Positions 59,613 to 64,000 of a DNA stretch of 64,000 nucleotides are shown here, piece after piece; within the stretch, counting starts at the first letter, position 1, and each line of letters opens with the position of its first letter. A program made the position numbers and the translations under genes. The notes under the pieces were generated by a model. That model searched no databases, was not told where the DNA came from, and worked only from the letters and a program-made list of their open reading frames with translations. Source of the stretch: Chrysomallon squamiferum (taxonomy: Eukaryota > Animalia > Mollusca); the NCBI GenBank assembly GCA_012295275.1, contig CM022670.1, positions 16,864,001 to 16,928,000 on the forward strand, in the 5' to 3' direction.

Positions 59613-60288
59613 GTGAGTAGAAAAATGATGATTTTCCTTGATGAGTCTGTGCTTGCGTGCGTTCTTATTTGTATGTGTGTACGTATGGTCATTTAAACCA
59701 AAGTGTATTTGCATGTGTGATCATTAAAACAAAGCCAGTTATTTATTGTTCATTTCCGTGATTAAATAAGATTTTGTCAGTGTGTGGAACTTTCCAAAAC
59801 TTTAAATTTCCATAACAAAATTTGTACGCGTTCGAATGATTGCGTGGGTTACTTCCATGTTTAGGCTGTGTTTTTTACACATGTATGTTAATTTTACACG
59901 TTTTGAATGCTGTGATTGTTCAGGACTAGCAACTTTTCACGAGAACTGGCATTTATCCAGTGTTTGCCTGGCCTACTATCTTAGGACGTTTTAAAGGAAT
60001 TTTCTCCACTAATTATGATTATTGTGTTTGTGTTTGTGTGAGTATTGGTGGGGGGAGTATATTTATTTTCAATTCATTCAGATGTTCCTGAATATTCGTT
60101 AGTCTACTGTTTTATTCGTTTTTCAAGCTAGCTGAAAAATAACTAGCGTAACTTTAGATCATGTTTATTTGTATTTTTTATTTATTTATTTATATTTATG
60201 TTATGCTATAATATGGTTTTATTCAGTTCACTTCATTTTACAATTCAAGGGAGGTAAATCATGATAACATTTACTTTAATTCTCACAG

Positions 60289-60367
60289 AGTAATCTTAGT
60301 CTTTTGTTGTCTGAGGAGGAACTGAATCAAATCATAGAAACGTTCGACTCCTACGACACAGATGGAG
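60289..60367 (+). CDS. PHF24: PHF24-like exon: entering helix and first half of EF-hand 1
   Basis: TCTCACAG| ... |GTAAAC, 79 nt, phase 0/1. Translates SNLSLLLSEEELNQIIETFDSYDTDG (compare recalled PHF24 NINLLLTEEEMYSLTETF). Confidence 0.85.
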
Positions 60368-60374
60368 GTAAACA

Positions 60375-60413
<39 letters not shown>

Positions 60414-60719
60414 AATTTAGTTAATATATTGATTTATTCTCGATGTATCTTATATCACTATGCATCACTTATAGGCATTACTTATAACGCGGTCAAGAAT
60501 TGCGGTTAAACGATAAATGAACACTGGTATTTATTAATACGATTTAGATGTTTTCAAAGTAAATAACTGTAAAATAGAAAACGTTTTTTTTTTAATAAAG
60601 TCAAATTTTTCTTACACTTCTTTTATTTCAAATAAAACATACTGATTAAGGAGTTTATAAAAGTGTTAAATACTTTTCATTAGGCCTATGGCTTATTTTT
60701 CGTATTTGATCCAAGAAGC

Positions 60720-60754
<35 letters not shown>

Positions 60755-60758
60755 TAGA

Positions 60759-60790
<32 letters not shown>

Positions 60791-61162
60791 TAATAACAGT
60801 GATATTGATATTGATACTGAGAATGATAATGATAATGATAGTAATAATAATAAAATAACATCAATAATAATAATAAAAGAAGTAATAGTAGTAGTGGTAT
60901 TAGTCGCAGTAGTAGTACTAGTAGCAGCAACAATTATAATAATAATTAGAAGTACTATTAATGGTAGCAATAAAAATTATAATAATAATAATTAGTAGTA
61001 CTATTAATGGTAGCAACAATAATATCAATAATAAAAATAATAAATAAATATATGAATTAATAAGCAAGCAAACAAACAAACAAAACAAAGCTTTATTACA
61101 TTACCAGTGTACAAAACTGGAAACAGCTTGTTAAAGCTGATTTTATTAACGTGTTACCACAG

Positions 61163-61362
61163 ACAGCTCGATTTCGTGGGCCGAGTACCAGAAACACAGG
61201 TCCTACCTGTACGGAACGGATGACGGAAAGGGAATACCGGATGATGAGTGCGAGCGACTGCAGCTGGATTTCAAACTGGCAGACGTCGACGGAGACGGTC
61301 AGCTCGACTGGTGGGAATTCGTCAACCACGACGCCAAGATAATGCTGATGAAAAGAAAAAAG
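61163..61362 (+). CDS. PHF24: PHF24-like exon: end of EF-hand 1 and EF-hand 2
   Basis: ACCACAG| ... AAG|GTTTTT, 200 nt, phase 1/0. Translates DSSISWAEYQKHRSYLYGTDDGKGIPDDECERLQLDFKLADVDGDGQLDWWEFVNHDAKIMLMKRKK. The donor is weak but phase-consistent. Confidence 0.85.
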
Positions 61363-61706
61363 GTTTTTATAGAAATACTTCTAATGTATTTGTGTATGTT
61401 TGTTTGTGTGTGTTTTTGTATATAAAAAATATGTAATGTTTGTGTGTGTGTTTGTGTGTGTGTGTGTTTGTGTTTGTGTGTGTATTTGTGTGTGAGGATA
61501 TGTATGTATGTATGTATGTGTCTATGTGTTTGTATTTATTTACATATTTATTTATTTATTTATTTATATCTTTATATTTTAAAAATAATTTTTGAATAAC
61601 TTTTATTTGTACTGATTAATTGTAAATAAATATCTCGCCTCGGTTCCACTGTTATTATTATTACTGTTGTTGTTGTTGTTGTTACAATTATTATTATTAT
61701 TATTAT

Positions 61707-61750
<44 letters not shown>

Positions 61751-61875
61751 TGTTACGCTAATAGAGTGGCGATGCTTCTTATAACTTTCTAAAAAAAAAT
61801 ACGTTCAGATAAAATTCAGTATTTTATACTCTAAGGATAGAACATTAAAACTGTAAACATTACACATGATTTTAG

Positions 61876-62039
61876 TCCGAGCTGGAGGATTTGCTGACAG
61901 AAAAAGAGGTGCTGATGGCCAGACAAATGTTTTCAGCCCTGGACACTAACCATGATGGCAAAATAACTGAAATGGAAGCGAGGGAAGCGTTCAGACAATG
62001 GTACAAAAAAATCAACGCCAATTCTAACGACGAGACCAG
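61876..62039 (+). CDS. PHF24: PHF24-like exon: EF-hand 3
   Basis: TTTTAG| ... AG|GTAAGA, 164 nt, phase 0/2. Translates SELEDLLTEKEVLMARQMFSALDTNHDGKITEMEAREAFRQWYKKINANSNDET. Confidence 0.85.
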
Positions 62040-62279
62040 GTAAGACTTACGATCGGAATAACTGGGACAACGTTTTTTTAATTACAGGTGTGATGTGATA
62101 GGTGTACCTCTGTCCGTAATATTACTATAAAGTTTGGAACTGATAAAAACTTTTCTCATCTTATAACTGATTTATTGAATATTTATAAATCTTAGATAAG
62201 CGATACCAAGACAAAAATTTTACTGGATTTCATTTTACTATCCAGGCCAAATTTCCCCCATCCTAAACTAAGAATCTTC

Positions 62280-62312
<33 letters not shown>

Positions 62313-62337
62313 TCAGTTATAGTAGTAGTAGTAGTTA

Positions 62338-62403
<66 letters not shown>

Positions 62404-62672
62404 CAATCAGTTTCTAATAATGTAAGCATGCAATAGACTTTTCTAAAAAGCCGTGAATCATTCATCATCTTAGGATAAATTAGCATTCAAAATTATATTA
62501 CTGTTGATAAAATAACTTCAGAACTCACAAAGCATAGATTATTTTATGTATAAAAATTATCTTGAATTTTATTTTGGTTACATATGAAAATTATTTATCT
62601 GAAGATCTAAACGATGTATTAATACATTTAACGGGTTGTTGTTGTTATTATTGTTGTTGTTGTTTTCTTCAG

Positions 62673-62741
62673 ATCTTCACTGGAGACCTATGTCGCAGTA
62701 AGCACTGGGTTGATCATGCACAGCGACGACATCGAATTCAA
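62673..62741 (+). CDS. PHF24: PHF24-like exon: helix leading into degenerate EF-hand 4
   Basis: TTTTCTTCAG| ... AA|GTACGT, 69 nt, phase 2/2. Translates (R)SSLETYVAVSTGLIMHSDDIEF(N) and keeps the frame between the flanking exons. Confidence 0.7.
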
Positions 62742-62993
62742 GTACGTCATCAGCATTTATTATTTTATATGATATTGAAAATAATTTATCAGTAATTTCA
62801 TTAACATCAGTCAGAAATATTTTAGTCTAGTATAGTAATAGAAACGGACTGTCAAAGGGACATAATTCGTGAGCGTCTACACGTGTGAGTATGGATGTGT
62901 ATATGTATTTATTTTAGTATCTGTATATGTGGCTTTTCTGAATTGTTTGGATAACAATTTATGTGCTTTAATTGCAGGATGGTGCTAGAATTA

Positions 62994-62994
<1 letters not shown>

Positions 62995-63053
<59 letters not shown>
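62995..63053. repeat. (TG)n microsatellite in the last PHF24-like intron
   Basis: Directly visible. Confidence 0.95.
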
Positions 63054-63055
<2 letters not shown>

Positions 63056-63523
63056 ACGCCAGTACTAAAATAATAATTTGTACAGTTTACATGATAGCAA
63101 GAACAAAAATAAATAACATTTTCTTCAACCAACTTTAGATTATCTCATTTATTTATCAAAGATAATTTCCTGTTTTTGTGATAATATGAACAAATAGCAC
63201 CATTACAAGAACACCTTCAAGGGTGTCCTCCTTTTCTGCCTGCATTCCGTTTGTCAAAACCTGAAAACTAGTGACATCACTTGTTAACTAACTCGAATAT
63301 GTTAAAGATTTTCATTTTAATCTTAACTGTTTAATATTATACAATTTTCGCATAAGTATGAGACCCCGAAATAACAAGGACTGTTTCACTATTAATTGGA
63401 CGTGTATTTTTTTTTCATACATTATAAGCAAGCTAAGTCAATCATAATAAAATGTCTTTAATTATAGCTTGTCAAACGTGTTTGAATGTACTTATATATA
63501 ACTTACCCTTATTTATTTTTTAT

Positions 63524-63562
<39 letters not shown>

Positions 63563-63615
63563 TTGTTGTCAAGATGGAAAATTTAAGTTAACATTTTTAT
63601 TATTTATTTATTTAG

Positions 63616-63712
63616 TATACTGACGTGGCCAATCTTTCTGTCTGAGCAAGCTCTCTACCTCATTTGTAACCGACCCAACATGGTGAACGCTGGAAGTCTT
63701 TGGAATCAATAA
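63616..63712 (+). CDS. PHF24: PHF24-like terminal coding exon
   Basis: TATTTAG| acceptor, phase 2. Translates ILTWPIFLSEQALYLICNRPNMVNAGSLWNQ* (TAA at 63710-63712), matching the recalled PHF24 C-terminal motif [20 protein letters not shown]. Confidence 0.85.
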
Positions 63713-64000
63713 TTTAACAAGTTTTTTTTTTTTTTTTTCACTGACTCTTAAAACTTTGGCTTGATGCATGCTGTGATTATTCAGTTAATTTATTTTATTT
63801 TAAAAAAAAAGGATTCTTTTATTATTGATTTACTTAATTTAAAACCTACATCAGTTTAGTGAACATTTTATCAAATCATTTTCCATTTTGATGATCATTA
63901 ATTTTATTTATTATTTAAAAACGTGTTAGTTTTATCATATAATTCAGTGCTAGACAAATTCAAATATAAAGTTTAAAATGTATCTGAAGAAATCATGTCA

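Noticed and set aside
61151-61342. Track ORFs MLPQTARFRGP... and neighbours
   Set aside because: Wrong-frame or antisense readings of the EF-hand exon 61163-61362.

Overview
Eukaryotic, very AT-rich, microsatellite-dense animal genomic DNA (invertebrate, plausibly a mollusc or other lophotrochozoan; the taxon is inference only). Almost all ORFs in the supplied track are simple-repeat artefacts. Two real spliced genes can be assembled by hand on the + strand. (1) A two-exon DM-domain/DMA-domain transcription factor of the Dmrt93B type (31042-31408 + 45809-46632, about 396 aa, one 14.4-kb intron), preceded by a gene-free region of about 31 kb with CpG-containing islands and minisatellites. (2) A seven-coding-exon PHF24/GINIP-like gene (58488-63712), largely missed by the ORF track, with a PHD finger and three apparently canonical EF-hand loops. 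Its best start (MGTNSS, an N-myristoylation consensus) is out of frame by +1 right after a CTT-(CGA)6-CGG run. This may be an assembly error, an allele, or recoding. Also present: a hAT-type MITE with an 8-bp TSD, a palindromic MITE, a near-perfect 13 x 49-bp array, two RCGTG-rich minisatellites upstream of Dmrt, a tandem array with an inverted copy abutting the Dmrt exon 2 splice acceptor, and an ETS-CRE promoter motif with a possible antisense spliced transcript. No rRNA, tRNA or CRISPR features were seen.
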